Shown: piece by piece, positions 44,511 to 56,729 of the stretch | How positions within the stretch are numbered: the stretch's first letter is position 1 | Layout: every line of letters begins with the position of its first letter | Assembly (NCBI GenBank): GCA_964016885.1 | Contig: OZ024749.1 | Location: 36,332,001-36,396,000, forward strand | Length of the DNA stretch: 64,000 bases | Direction: 5' to 3' | From: Eledone cirrhosa | Lineage: Eukaryota | Notes under the pieces: generated by a model | What the model saw: only the letters and a program-made list of their open reading frames with translations | Databases searched by the model: none | Told to the model about the DNA's origin: nothing | Made by a program: the position numbers and the translations under genes

Positions 44511-45854
44511 TTATTAGTGATATTTCTTCTGTAGTGTTTTGCAAGTTTCTATTGCATCACCTGGTGCACCTTCATGTTCTTGAGGTGTGTGTAGTATGTT
44601 TGTGGTGTGTGCATGGAGGAAGGTGGGGTGGCAGTATAGACTCCCCCTCCTGCTACTCTACTGCATCAGTCTTGTTTTATTTTGTGGAGTTTAGCTTATT
44701 GTTTCTTGTGTTATTTTAGTGTTTGTTTGTTGTGTGTGGTATGTGTATTGTGAGTTTTATTAGGTATGAATCTTGTAAAGTATAATATCTACAAGTTGTG
44801 TTGTTTTATTTTATTTGGTGCTTAAAATACAGTGTGTGAGTGTAGTGTATGAAGATTATGTTTATTATTGTTATTATTAGCAGTGGTGGTGGTAGTATTT
44901 CATACAGATACTATGAACCTTAAATCCTTGCATGACTATCTATAAGATTTTGGAGAAAACTTTAGAGAATTTAAAATTTTCATTCCTCTTTTTTGTTTGT
45001 TTAAATAAATATTTAAACTAAAATAAAATAGACAAAATATTTTTCCATTAAAATTTTCAAGTTTTCAAATAAAAAAAAAAGGAAAAATTTAAAGGAAAAA
45101 AAAAGCGTTTAAAAACCAACAACAAAATAATTGCAAAATTCACCAAAATTCTTCAACTTTGAAGCATTACATCTCTCCTACTGTCAATGGTTTTCTTTTT
45201 TTAAAATGGTCTTAACTCTTATTGTCCTGTATTACATGATACTATATACATTTGAAACCACATTAGCAAGTCATTCCTGAAAAGTACAAAATAGCACTAA
45301 GACTGTATCATATCAAAAACTAAAATCTTTAATACTACAAATGTTCACAAAAGCCTGTCAACCACTAAAGCGACTATAAACATTTGAATTAACAAACCAC
45401 ATGAAACCACATTAGCAAGACATTCTTGAAAAGGACAAAATAACACTAACTGTATCATATTAAAAACTGAAATCTTTAATAGAAAAGATGTTCATGTCAG
45501 CCAATAAAGATATTTTAAACATTTGAATTAACAAAGCCATTCTTAGATATTTTCAACTAAATCACTATAGGAGGCTCAGAGTTAAGTATCTGATTGTACA
45601 CTTTGGGAAGTACCTAATATAAGCCAAGGAATATGTGACCAAAAAATTGATGGTAGAGAGGGGTTGGCTTATATTTGGGGTTAATATATGGACAATTTTT
45701 ACCAACTTCATATTCTACGTAAATAAGGCTTCAATTTTTGCCCTTTTCTCAAACATAAAATAGTGGGTTCAGCTTATATTCATATCGGCTTATATACGGT
45801 ATATTCTTATATAACAAGATTGTCTACAAACTATATTTCTCCTCTGTCTGTTGT

Positions 45855-46175
45855 AGCAGGTTTCTCTGTGAGTAAGGAGTTCACTTCACAACCATCTTGT
45901 TTCGGGTTCAGTCCCAATGTATGGCACTTTGAGCAAGTGTCTTCTACTGTAGCCTCGAGTTGACCAATGAATTGTGGACAAAATTTGGTAGACAGAAACT
46001 GCAGAAACTCATATATATATAGATATATGTGTGTGTGTGTGAGTGCTGTAAATTAGTGGTTCAACAAAGAGAAGTTTATAAAATAAATGCTGGTGTTCAT
46101 ATGATGGATTAAATATCTTCAAGGCAATGCCCCAGCATGGCCATAGTCTAATAACTGAAACCACTATAAAAAGAT
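45855..46175 (+). mobile_element. Degenerate SINE family D (reverse fragments at ~14003-14105 and ~36560-36660; tail fragments at ~36040-36090 and 54036-54093)
   Basis: gggttcagtccc B-box-like motif, gagcaagtgtcttctact block, and gccccagcatggcc...actgaaac tail. Confidence 0.6.
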
Positions 46176-46445
46176 CTTTTTATTTATTTATTTATTTATT
46201 CAAATCTGCAGATAAAGCTCTTAATCTTGTCAAAAATAGATGTTTTAACCCCTTCCCACCCTCACACTCACAACAACACACAGGTACTGTATGAGAGAGA
46301 GAGTGAAAGACAAAAAGAGATAGATATACAGGGAGGGATGGATAGAGAGAGAGAGAGACTGAGTAGTGAGAGAGAGAGACTGAGTAGTGAGAGAGAGACT
46401 GAGTAGTGAGAGAGAGAAATAGAGAAAGCAAGTTAGAGAAAGATG

Positions 46446-46479
<34 letters not shown>

Positions 46480-46837
46480 TAGGCATAGTGAAAAGAGAAA
46501 GCTGAGGAAGGTGCCCACCTCCTTTAAAATATTTTTTTGTTTTTTGTGTTTGTATATTCCCCCTCTTTAACCCTTAAACCACCATCATATGATATCAACC
46601 ATTTCCTTACTTTAAGTAGCGAGGAATTAAATTAAGTGAAATTAATCAGAAACATTTTTGTTTGAGGGTGAGGTTAGCGGGTGGAAAGAGTTAAATTTCT
46701 TTCAGAGCAAAATCTGAAATTTATTCAATTTTTTTTTCTTTTTCACCCCCCCCCCCCTCTCCAAATCAACACTGTCTATTCTGAGATTAAAATTTAATTT
46801 GATCTTTTATTTTATTAAAATCTTTTTCTTGAAAGAG

Positions 46838-47082
46838 TTAGCGCTTTTGATACAAAACCACCTGAAACCCCCTCTGGTTCTGTTTTAAAGCATTTATATT
46901 TATCTAAAAAGCTCCTATCATAATTATATGTAAGAACTTTTATTGTGTTATTTTCCAAACATTAGCTTAACAGCAAAAAGTTTTATATTATAAAATTCCT
47001 CCAAATTCTTCAGGGTTTTAAAAAATTATTTGAAGATCATTGGCAGTGTATTTTATGATAAATATGATAATGAAGGGGTTAA
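46838..47082 (+). mobile_element. Degenerate MITE-like repeat, related to ~39350-39590
   Basis: Shares tgttttaaag...ataatt.tatgtaagaac.ttta...agcttaa with the 39-kb copy and ends in gggg-TTAA. Confidence 0.45.
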
Positions 47083-47241
47083 ATTTATGCCCCAAAACGT
47101 TGTGGCTTATTCTTCCAAATCTTAAGAATAAAAAATGATATTTAATGCCAAGATGATGATGTTACATTGTTAATCAGTTAATAAACCATTAAGCAATATT
47201 TTTAAAAACAATTTTTTTATAATTCTTTTATTCTTTTTCAG

Positions 47242-47289
47242 GTTGATTTTGAACAAGATTGGGAATATGAAGAAATTGCTTTGGAAAGG
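47242..47289 (+). CDS. dlg1: Internal coding exon of a Discs large (Dlg1/SAP97-like) MAGUK gene, segment preceding PDZ1
   Basis: Polypyrimidine acceptor ttctttttcAG and donor GTAAGT flank a phase 0-0, 48-nt exon encoding VDFEQDWEYEEIALER. This resembles vertebrate DLG1 VNGTDADYEYEEITLER and Drosophila Dlg VNGDDSWLYEDIQLER, which precede GNSGLGFSIAGG of PDZ1. Confidence 0.85.
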
Positions 47290-47544
47290 GTAAGTACTTT
47301 CTGACAGAATTACAGAATTGCTGAATTAAAGAATCATAGAACCATTCTCTTGGAACTAATTCTCTTAATCTCGCCCATGATTTATTCTTCTGATCTTCTA
47401 TGGGTTTTTTTTTTTCCTTCAGATTTTTTCTCTTTTATATTTCCTCACCATTTTTGGTGTTATTGTTGATCTTCTTCTTTTTTCCTTTTTCTTTTTCTTT
47501 TCTTTTTCTTTTCTTTTTCTTTTTCTCTTTCTTTTTCTCTTTCT

Positions 47545-47612
<68 letters not shown>

Positions 47613-48263
47613 AAATGTCACCTGTTATTCCTCTGTCTTTATGTGGTATTTCTTCCCCTCATGTCGTGTCAGTGAAGGAATGTTAAATTCTGGGGCTGAA
47701 GAGAAGCCAGGGTCCCTGTTGAATGTGGTTGTGGTGAACAGATGATGGGTGTGTCATGGAGGGGGGGGGGGGGGGTTACACAAGATGAAGAGGTGATGTA
47801 AAAAAAAAACGAACACAGATATATAGATATATGTGTTCAAATCGTAAGGGACCTGATTCGCTAAGGTGAAAAGAATGCTAACTATAGACAATTGGGTTTG
47901 CTTGTCTCAATTTAAGAAAAAAAAATTAAGAAAATAAATACAAACCGGAATTGTGGTAACTACCACTCACCCAGACAACTTGTTGTTTCGCAAAGTTAAT
48001 TCTGAATAGAAATACCAACCCAAGCTCATCAGTGGGTGATGAATTAGTATCCTAGACACATCTAAGTATGCTATATATAAAATAGCACACATGGCATCCT
48101 AGCTTGTCTCACAAACCCATATATGCATATATATATATATATATATTAATAAGAGGAATTCCAACTTTGTCTGATTTACTCGTTTTATTTACAATCCTTT
48201 AAAATATATATAATGGTATTATAATGAAATAGTATGATAGAATATTAAATTCTAAGTGTTAAT

Positions 48264-48302
48264 TGAACAAGTACTTTCATGCTTTCGCAATCTTCAGGTT
48301 CA
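48264..48302 (-). ncRNA. Minimal type I hammerhead ribozyme motif (mirror copy)
   Basis: Minus strand tgaac CTGAAGA t tgc gaaa gca t GAAA gtac TT gttca. Confidence 0.68.
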
Positions 48303-48369
48303 TGATATGTGGTGACAGTCGAGTTTGCAATTTTCAGAAAATTGCAAACTCGACTGTCACCACATATCA

Positions 48370-48408
48370 TGAACCTGAAGATTGCAAAAGCATGAAAGTA
48401 CTTGTTCA
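48370..48408 (+). ncRNA. Minimal type I hammerhead ribozyme motif
   Basis: tgaac CTGAAGA t tgc aaaa gca t GAAA gtac TT gttca. Palindromic stem III/loop AGTACT. Confidence 0.7.
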
Positions 48409-48632
48409 ATTAACACTTAGAATTTAATATTCTATCATACTATTTCATTATAATACCATTATATATATTTTAAAGGATTGTAAATAAAACGAGTAAATCA
48501 GACAAAGTTGGAATTCCTCTTATTAATATAATCTTCTATACACAATCATACACACCCGTGTATATTTACCTATCTATATCTATATATATATATATATATA
48601 TATGCATATATATATATGCATATATGTATATA

Positions 48633-48702
<70 letters not shown>

Positions 48703-49070
48703 TACAGAGAGAGAAAGATAGGGGTTTTGTGTATGTGTCTCTGTGTATGTAGAAGTGATGTGTTTGTATGTCTATGTAGAAGGTTGTGTTAAAAGATGGA
48801 AGGTAATTCATGTTTCTTTTCATCAACTTTTATTGCAGTGATCAGTGATGTCGTGATCTTGTTATAACATCAATACTACTACCACTGAAACTACCTCCAC
48901 TACTACTACAGCTGTATCTACCTACACCACTACACTACTACCATTGCAACCACCACCACCATAACCATCACTACTTTTACCACCAGCACTGCCACTACCG
49001 CAATAAAAATACACTGTAAAGCTATATATAATTGTAGTCAACTTAGGTTTAGATTAAATGTATTATTTAA

Positions 49071-49288
49071 CCCTTTAGCATTTATATTACTCTATATTTA
49101 CTATTGTATTTTCACAATTAAGTCTTTACCTCACATAATTATCTCACATAATATCAAATCTATGAGATTTTGATATTTATTTTGAGAACAATACCTTAAC
49201 ATCAGTATGAGTGGCCAGTTACAGCCAGTTTGAACAGAAAGAAGTGAGGTAATTCTGGCCAGATACGGTCGGTTTAAATGCCAAAGGG
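49071..49288 (-). mobile_element. piggyBac-type MITE, same family
   Basis: TTAA-ccctttagcattta...taaatgccaaaggg-TTAA. Interior is the reverse complement of the 34979 copy. Confidence 0.88.
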
Positions 49289-49399
49289 TTAAAACTCCCA
49301 TATACACATATATACACCAGGTCCAAACACAAAAGAACCAAACACCCACTGTCACTGCCTCCGTCTCTCCCACTCTCCCCATTGCTCACTACTGTGTGC

Positions 49400-50461
49400 A
49401 AATGGGGGCCCATGCACTGGCCGCCTTGCAGCCCTTGTGGACAGTATAGAGGAGGTGTTTTCCTGGAGGGTGGTGAGGGAAATGAACTGGAAGAACCATT
49501 TGATCTCGCAAAGCTTACACTTGTGAGAAGCCAACTCTGTGCCAATGTTGGTGAGAAGGGAGGTGACCCTAGGGCCAAGGACACCAGAAGTCTCCACTAC
49601 CATGGGCTCGACTACAAACCTGTCAAAGAATGAGCGAGCTTTGGAGAATTTCAACCATTGATCCAAAGTTCTGCTGGATCAGAGTTGACCTGTAGCAAAC
49701 TCGATATATGCTAAGCTCAACATTTGCATTCCCACCAAACCCACTAAAATGTACACTTGTGAGAAGCCAACTCTGTGCCAATGTTGGTGAGCAGGGAGGT
49801 GACCCTAGGGCCAAGGACACCAGAAGTCCCCACTGCCATGGGCTCGACTACAAACCTGTCAAAGAATGACCGAGCTTTGGAGAATTTCAACCATTGATCC
49901 AAAGTTCTGCTGGGTCAGAGTTGACCTGTAGCAAACTCGATATATGCTAAGCTCAACATTTGCATTCCCACCAAACCCACTAAAATGTACACTTGTGAGA
50001 AGCCAACTCTGTGCCAATGTTGGTGAGCAGGGAGGTGACCCTAGGGCCAAGGACACCAGAAGTCCCCACTGCCATGGGCTCGACTCCAAACCTGTCAAAG
50101 AATGACCGAGCTTTGGAGAATTTCAACCATTGATCCAAAGTTCTGCTGGATCAGAGTTGACCTGTAGCAAACTCGATATATGCTAAGCTCAACATTTGCA
50201 TTCCCACCAAACCCACTAAAATGTACACTTGTGAGAAGCCAACTCTGTGCCAATGTTGGTGAGCAGGGAGGTGACCCTAGGGCCAAGGACACCAGAAGTC
50301 CCCACTGCCATGGGCTCGACTCCAAACCTGTCAAAGAATGACCGAGCTTTGGAGAATTTCAACCATTGATCCAAAATTCTGCTGGATCAGAGTTGACCTG
50401 TAGCAAACTCGATATATGCTAAGCTCAACATTTGCATTCCCACCAAACCCACTAAAATGTA
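49400..50461 (-). mobile_element. CRE-like endonuclease remnant with a 4 x 236-bp tandem amplification
   Basis: Minus strand reads FVVEPMVVETSGVLGPRVTSLLTNIGTELA...WFFQFISLTTLQENTSSIL. Units start at 49517, 49753, 49989 and 50225. Confidence 0.75.
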
Positions 50462-51736
50462 TTGTCGTTGAGAAAAAAAGATATATTTTGGTACCTTTCT
50501 TTTATTTTCTAAAATTCTTTTGACTAAAACTTTTGTAAAACTGGTTCTATCATAAAAAAAAAAAAACACAAGTTATTGCAACTCTTATCTCAGTTTTCTT
50601 CACAAAGTTTTTTTTAAATTCTTTTTCATCATATTTTAATTTTTTTTTACATCCATCAAAAACTCTTTGATCTCTCTTCATTTTTTTTGTTTTTGTTACT
50701 AGTTTTCATTCCTCCTCCTCTTTCTCATCATCCATCCCCTTCTCTCTCCTCCTCCTCATCATCATCATCCATCCCTTTCCTCCTCCATTATTTCTAAGTG
50801 CAACATGCAACATTAATTGCCTTTCTCCACTGGGTACTTCTCCCATCCCTTCCCTCCATCTTGATGTGGTGTTGATGATGGTGTGGTGGTGGTGGTGTGG
50901 TGTTGATGTGGTGGTGGTGTTGATGTGATGGTGTGGTGGTGCTGGTGTTGGTGTGGCAATGGTGGTGGTGTTGGTGTGGTGGTGGTGGTGTTGGTGTGGC
51001 GATGGTGGTGGTATGGATGTGGTGGTGGTGGTGTTGGTGTGGCGATGGTGGTGGTATGGATGTGGTGGTGGTGGTGGTGTTGGTGTGGCGATAGTGGTAG
51101 TATGGATGTGGTGGTGGTGGTGGCGATGGTGGTGGTATGGATGTGGTGATGGTGATGCGGTGTTGGTAGTGTTGAGATGGTGGTGGTATTGATGTGCTGG
51201 TGGTGGTGTTGGTGCTGATGTGGTGGTGTTGGTGTTGAGGTGGTGGTGTTGGTGCTGATGTGGTGGTGCTGGTGTTGGTGTTGAGGTCGTGGTGTCGGTG
51301 CTGATGTGGTGGTGTTGGTGTTGAGGTCGTGGTGTCGGTGCTGATGTGGTGGTGTTGGTGTTGAGGTCGTGGTGTCGGTGCCGATGTGGTGGTGGTGTCG
51401 GTGCCGATGTGGTGGTGTTGGTGGCGATGTGATGGTGTTGGTCTTGAGGTGGTGGTGTTGGTGTTGAGGTGGTGGTGTTGGTGCCGATGTGGTGATCTTG
51501 GTGGTGGTGTTGAGATGGTGGTCTTGGTGCCGATGTGGTGGTGTTCGTGGCGATGTGATGGTGTTGATGTTGGTGGTGATGATGATAGTAGCCACTATCA
51601 TCAGTCCAAGTACTTATCCCTCTTTATACCATCACAGCTCTTACATCAATTATATATAACTACTGTATAAATTGTTCAACACACACTCAAATGTTCTGGA
51701 TATATATGGAAGAAATGGAGAGCTTCTATATATATA

Positions 51737-51946
51737 TAGGAACCAGTAAGACCCCGACAGCTGAGCTCAAGCCGTTTCGACGGCTAATTCTGGACTAAAA
51801 ATAGTTTTTAGTCCAGAATTAGCCGTCGAAACGGCTTGAGCTCAGCTGTCGGGGTCTTACTGGTTCCTATTACCCACTCTACTACCTCAAGTATTGAGTA
51901 CTCTGGTGCGTTATGGTCCACCTGGTTCCTTACCACATTTCCTTCG

Positions 51947-51948
<2 letters not shown>
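51737..51948 (+). mobile_element. Short fold-back element with perfect 65-bp arms
   Basis: Arms 51737-51801 and 51805-51869, 3-nt loop, ~79-bp tail, (TA)n flanks. Confidence 0.85.
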
Positions 51949-51995
<47 letters not shown>

Positions 51996-52171
51996 TTTAT
52001 TTGCACACGTGTGTGTGTGTGTGTGTGTGTGGAATATGTGTATACATGTACATGTGTGTGTATGTGTATGTATATATATATATACGTGTGTGTGTGTATG
52101 TGTGCATATAAGTATATATATATGTATATATAATATAATATAAATATAAAAGTATATATTTGTGTGTACAC

Positions 52172-52212
<41 letters not shown>

Positions 52213-52394
52213 GATAAATCTACCAAAAGTTTAAAATATAAGGAACTGTTTCATTATTTTATTCATTATTTTTTTAATATTTTATATATATATATATACT
52301 TATATATATATATACTTATATAAATATATATATATACTTATATAAATATATATATATACTTATATATATATATATATATATACTTATATATATA

Positions 52395-53670
52395 TCATCA
52401 TCATCATCATCCACGGCCTAGAATCAAAAGGCCTTAAAATTAACCTAGCTAAGACTAAAGTTCTAGTTTGTAAGAAAGAAAATAAGGCGGCGGTCCCCTC
52501 CGGGAAGTGGCCATGCGCAGAGTGTAGGAAAGGCGTAGGTAGAAATTCCATTTTGTGTCCCAAATGCAAAGTTTGGGTGCATAAAAGATGTAGTGGGATC
52601 ACAGGTAAGCTAACTAAGAACATAGATTTTACATGTGGCCGGTGTTCTGGGAATATAAGTAGCAGCAAGTGCCCACAAAATACTAGCTCTTTCAACTGCG
52701 CAGAGGGTTCTATAGAAATAGTGGACAGCTTCCGTTACCTGGGTGACAAAATCACCAGTGGGGGAGGGTGCTCTGAAAGTACAGTAGCTAGAGTCAGAAC
52801 TGGGTGGAAAAAGTTCAGAGAGCTTATACCACTATTAGCCGCTAAAGGGTTCTCCCTAAAAATGAAAGGCAGGCTGTACGATGCCTGCATACGAACAGCA
52901 ATGTTGCATGGCAGTGAGACCTGGGCATTGTGTGCAGAGGATATACGCAGACTAGAGAGAAACGAAGCTTGCATACTCCGCTGGATGTGTAACAGTAATA
53001 TACGTGAACGGCAAAGCATAAACGAACTAAGGAAAAAATTAGAAATAAGAGGGATCAGATGTTGTTTACTAGAGAGAAGGCTACGTTGGTATAGTCACGT
53101 GATGCGCATGAAGGATGATAGCTGTATAACAAAGTGCAGGGCAATAAAGATAGACGGTAGCCACGGAATAGGCAGACCTAGAAAAACCTGGAACGAGCTG
53201 ATAAACTCCGACCTCACACACTTACACCTCACCAAGACAATGTCACTGGACCGAGACCTTTGGCGGTACTCAGTAATAGAGAAGACCCGCCTTGCCAGTA
53301 GGCATCTCTAACAAAATACACCCCGTCCCACCACCACCACCACCCCCACCCCATCCACACCACCCCGTTCTATGTAAAGTTATGTTGGTGCCGCGCCATC
53401 CAGGCCGAAACAAATGAGATCGTGTAGGTGTCACGACAAAAAAACACACAGTCCACGCTGTAATGTGGCCGTGTAGGCAACACGGTAAAAACCTCCCAGA
53501 CCCACACTGTAAATGTGGTTGGTGTTAGGAAGGGCATCCAACTGTAGAAAACCTGCCAGACAGTCCTATGCGAGCAAGAAAATCACTCTTGCCTCAAGTG
53601 GGACTACCCCCGTCCAAACCCATGCAAGCATGGAACACGGACGTTAAACGTTGATGATGATGATGATGAT
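52395..53670 (+). mobile_element. 5'-truncated RTE-clade LINE: end of ORF, 3'UTR and (GAT)n tail
   Basis: Open frame 52412-53311, then a structured 3'UTR ending acgttaaacgtt(gat)n. Flanked by a ~185-bp direct duplication. Confidence 0.92.
52412..53311 (+). CDS. C-terminal part of RTE LINE polyprotein (end of RT, PHD finger, thumb/C-terminal region), no start codon
   Basis: GLKINLAKTKVL, a C4HC3 motif, IEIVDSFRYLG, MLHGSETW, RRLRWYSHVMRM and GRPRKTW are typical RTE motifs. No stop codon over 299 codons. Confidence 0.9.
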   Translation, partial: HGLESKGLKINLAKTKVLVCKKENKAAVPSGKWPCAECRKGVGRNSILCPKCKVWVHKRCSGITGKLTKNIDFTCGRCSGNISSSKCPQNTSSFNCAEGSIEIVDSFRYLGDKITSGGGCSESTVARVRTGWKKFRELIPLLAAKGFSLKMKGRLYDACIRTAMLHGSETWALCAEDIRRLERNEACILRWMCNSNIRERQSINELRKKLEIRGIRCCLLERRLRWYSHVMRMKDDSCITKCRAIKIDGSHGIGRPRKTWNELINSDLTHLHLTKTMSLDRDLWRYSVIEKTRLASRHL

Positions 53671-53901
53671 ATATATATATGTAGATAAATCTACCAAAAG
53701 TTTAAAATATAAGGAACTGTTTCATTATTTTATTCATTATTTTTTTAATATTTTATATATATATATATACTTATATATATATATACTTATATAAATATAT
53801 ATATATATACTTATATAAATATATATATATACTTATATATATATATATATACTTATATATATATACTTATATAAATATATACTTATATATATATATATAC
53901 T

Positions 53902-53942
<41 letters not shown>

Positions 53943-54159
53943 TTATATAAATATATATATATATATACTTATATAAATATATATATATATATACTTATAT
54001 AAATATATATATATATATACTTATATAAATATATATACTCTTTTACTCTTTTACCTGTTTCAGCCATCCGGCTGAGGCCATGCTGGGGCACCATATATAT
54101 ACTTATATAAATATATATATATATATACTTATATAAATATATATATATATATATATACT

Positions 54160-54191
<32 letters not shown>

Positions 54192-54193
54192 CT

Positions 54194-54229
<36 letters not shown>

Positions 54230-54786
54230 CTTATATATATATATATATACACATACATATACTTATATATATATACACATACATATACATATATATATAT
54301 ATATGTATAGCAGTAGAAGTGAATGTGTTTAACCATTCTTAAATTGTGCTCTACTTATTGCATTATTATCTTACTGGGTCCGACAATTATCTTGCTGCCC
54401 TAATATGGAATTACGAAAACTAAGTTGGTACTATTTACCACTATAGTGCAGCAAAAATATCTGTTGGACTGTTAATGTTCGCTCGAGCGAATTACATCTC
54501 TCTTTGACTTCATAATTCCTATTACCGAGTTGTAATAGCTTGCTGCTGCTGCTACTGTTGTTGGTGTGGTGGTGGTTGGTGGTGGTTGTCCTCGTTCTTC
54601 TTGTAATAGCTTTTGTCTTAAGTAAAATTGAAAAATACTTTGTGTGAAGCTTTGCTAGAGGCCAAGGTATTATGATGAAGAATACTTGTGTTGTGGCTTC
54701 ATGTTGTTGTTGTTGTTGTTGTGGTTGTGCCACATCTTCACTACAGCAGCTAATATATGTGTGGGCAGGCTATATGTGTGCGTGTA

Positions 54787-54828
<42 letters not shown>

Positions 54829-54913
54829 TGCGTGTGTGTGTGTGTGTATAATTTTGTATCCACTTTGATGATGAACCGCACATGTATATGTATATTTATG
54901 TATGTACACACAC

Positions 54914-54967
<54 letters not shown>

Positions 54968-55354
54968 AAACACACACAAACACGTGTGTGTGTGTGTGTA
55001 AATGTATATATGATTATGATGGCAATTATATGTAAGAGTCCAGCTTAAACTGGCAGAAAGTTCACAAAGGAAAGTGCTAGAGTTTATTAATCAACAGCAC
55101 TCTCATAAAATGAAGTCCATCATAAAATACACACATACATACATATACACATATTCATATATACACATATACATACACATACGTACACACATACATACAT
55201 ATTCATATATACACATGTACATACATGTACGTACACACATACATATAGATACACACACATAGATACACATACATGCACACACATACATACACACACACAC
55301 ACACACACTTACAAACTTACATTCACACACACACACATACATCTCGATACATAG

Positions 55355-55413
<59 letters not shown>

Positions 55414-55570
55414 TACACACACACATACATACATGTACATATACACAGATACATATACATACTCACACACATACACATACATACACATATACATATACAC
55501 ACATACATACATGTACATATACATACACACACATACATACATGTACATATACACACAGATACATACACAT

Positions 55571-55626
<56 letters not shown>

Positions 55627-56005
55627 GTGTGTGTATGTACCTGTATATGTGCAGTTTCGTCTCTTTAAACATAACCAACACCATAGGAAGCAAGCAATGG
55701 AGGTGAAAATGAAGTCGACTAATATAATGAAAGCATAATATCTCATTATTTCTGCTGTGTTTCATGTAGTTCCTAATGATCTAACCATTGTCATCTCTTG
55801 TGAAACACTGCCACAGATATCCACTGTTTGTTCCTGGCACAGAAATCACTTTCGGTCATAGAAAGATTTGGGGGAGGGGGGGGTGCAAGCAAGAAGAAAA
55901 AAAAAATTAACAAATTTTAAAATCTACTTTTGTTTCCACTAAACTGGTTCCATGTGTGTGTATTTTTCTTGTGAAAACATATCTTTTGATGCATAACATG
56001 CATGT

Positions 56006-56006
56006 G

Positions 56007-56037
<31 letters not shown>

Positions 56038-56240
56038 TTAACGTCCCCGTTCCACGCGTGCATGGGTTTGGACGGGGGTTTTCCCACTTGAGGCAAGAGT
56101 GGTTGTCTTGCTCGCATAGGACTGTCTGGCGGGTTTTCTACAGCTGGATGCCCTTCCTAACACCAACCACGTTTACAGTGTTTGACTGGGAGGTTTTTAC
56201 CATGTTACCTACACGGCTACATTACAGCGTGGACTGTGTG
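56006..56240 (-). mobile_element. RTE 3'UTR fragment
   Basis: Reverse complement matches about 53450-53670, including the (GAT)n tail. Confidence 0.85.
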
Positions 56241-56333
56241 TATATATATACACACACACAAACATATAGGTATATATGTATTACATACACAAACACATAT
56301 ATATATATATATATATTTGATGCATGACATGCA

Positions 56334-56387
<54 letters not shown>

Positions 56388-56729
56388 CACACACACAAAC
56401 ATATAGGTATATATGTATTACATACACACACAAACATAGGTATATATGTATTACATACACACACACATATATATATATTTGATGCATAACATGCATGTGT
56501 GTGTGTGTATATATATATACACACACACAAACATATAGGTATATATGTATTACATACACACACACATATAAATATATATATATATGATGATGATGTATAT
56601 ATTTATATATATATGTGTTTATGTTTATGTATATATGTGTGTGTATGTATATATATGTATATATTATATATATATGTATATTATATATATATATGTATAT
56701 TATATATATATATATATGTATATTAATTT

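Larger units (their letters stand above)
48142..48560 (+). mobile_element. 389-bp near-perfect palindrome with a hammerhead motif in each arm and a 30-bp tail
   Basis: 194-bp arms centred on 48336 with one mismatch seen, tail 48531-48560, TA-rich flanks. Confidence 0.85.

Noticed and set aside
45250-45535. ~150-bp direct duplication (a similar one at 40250-40550)
   Set aside because: Degenerate local tandem duplications with no further structure.
45610-45802. Possible pogo/Tigger-type terminal repeat (cggcttatatacggta)
   Set aside because: Only one clear end and no convincing partner TIR or transposase.
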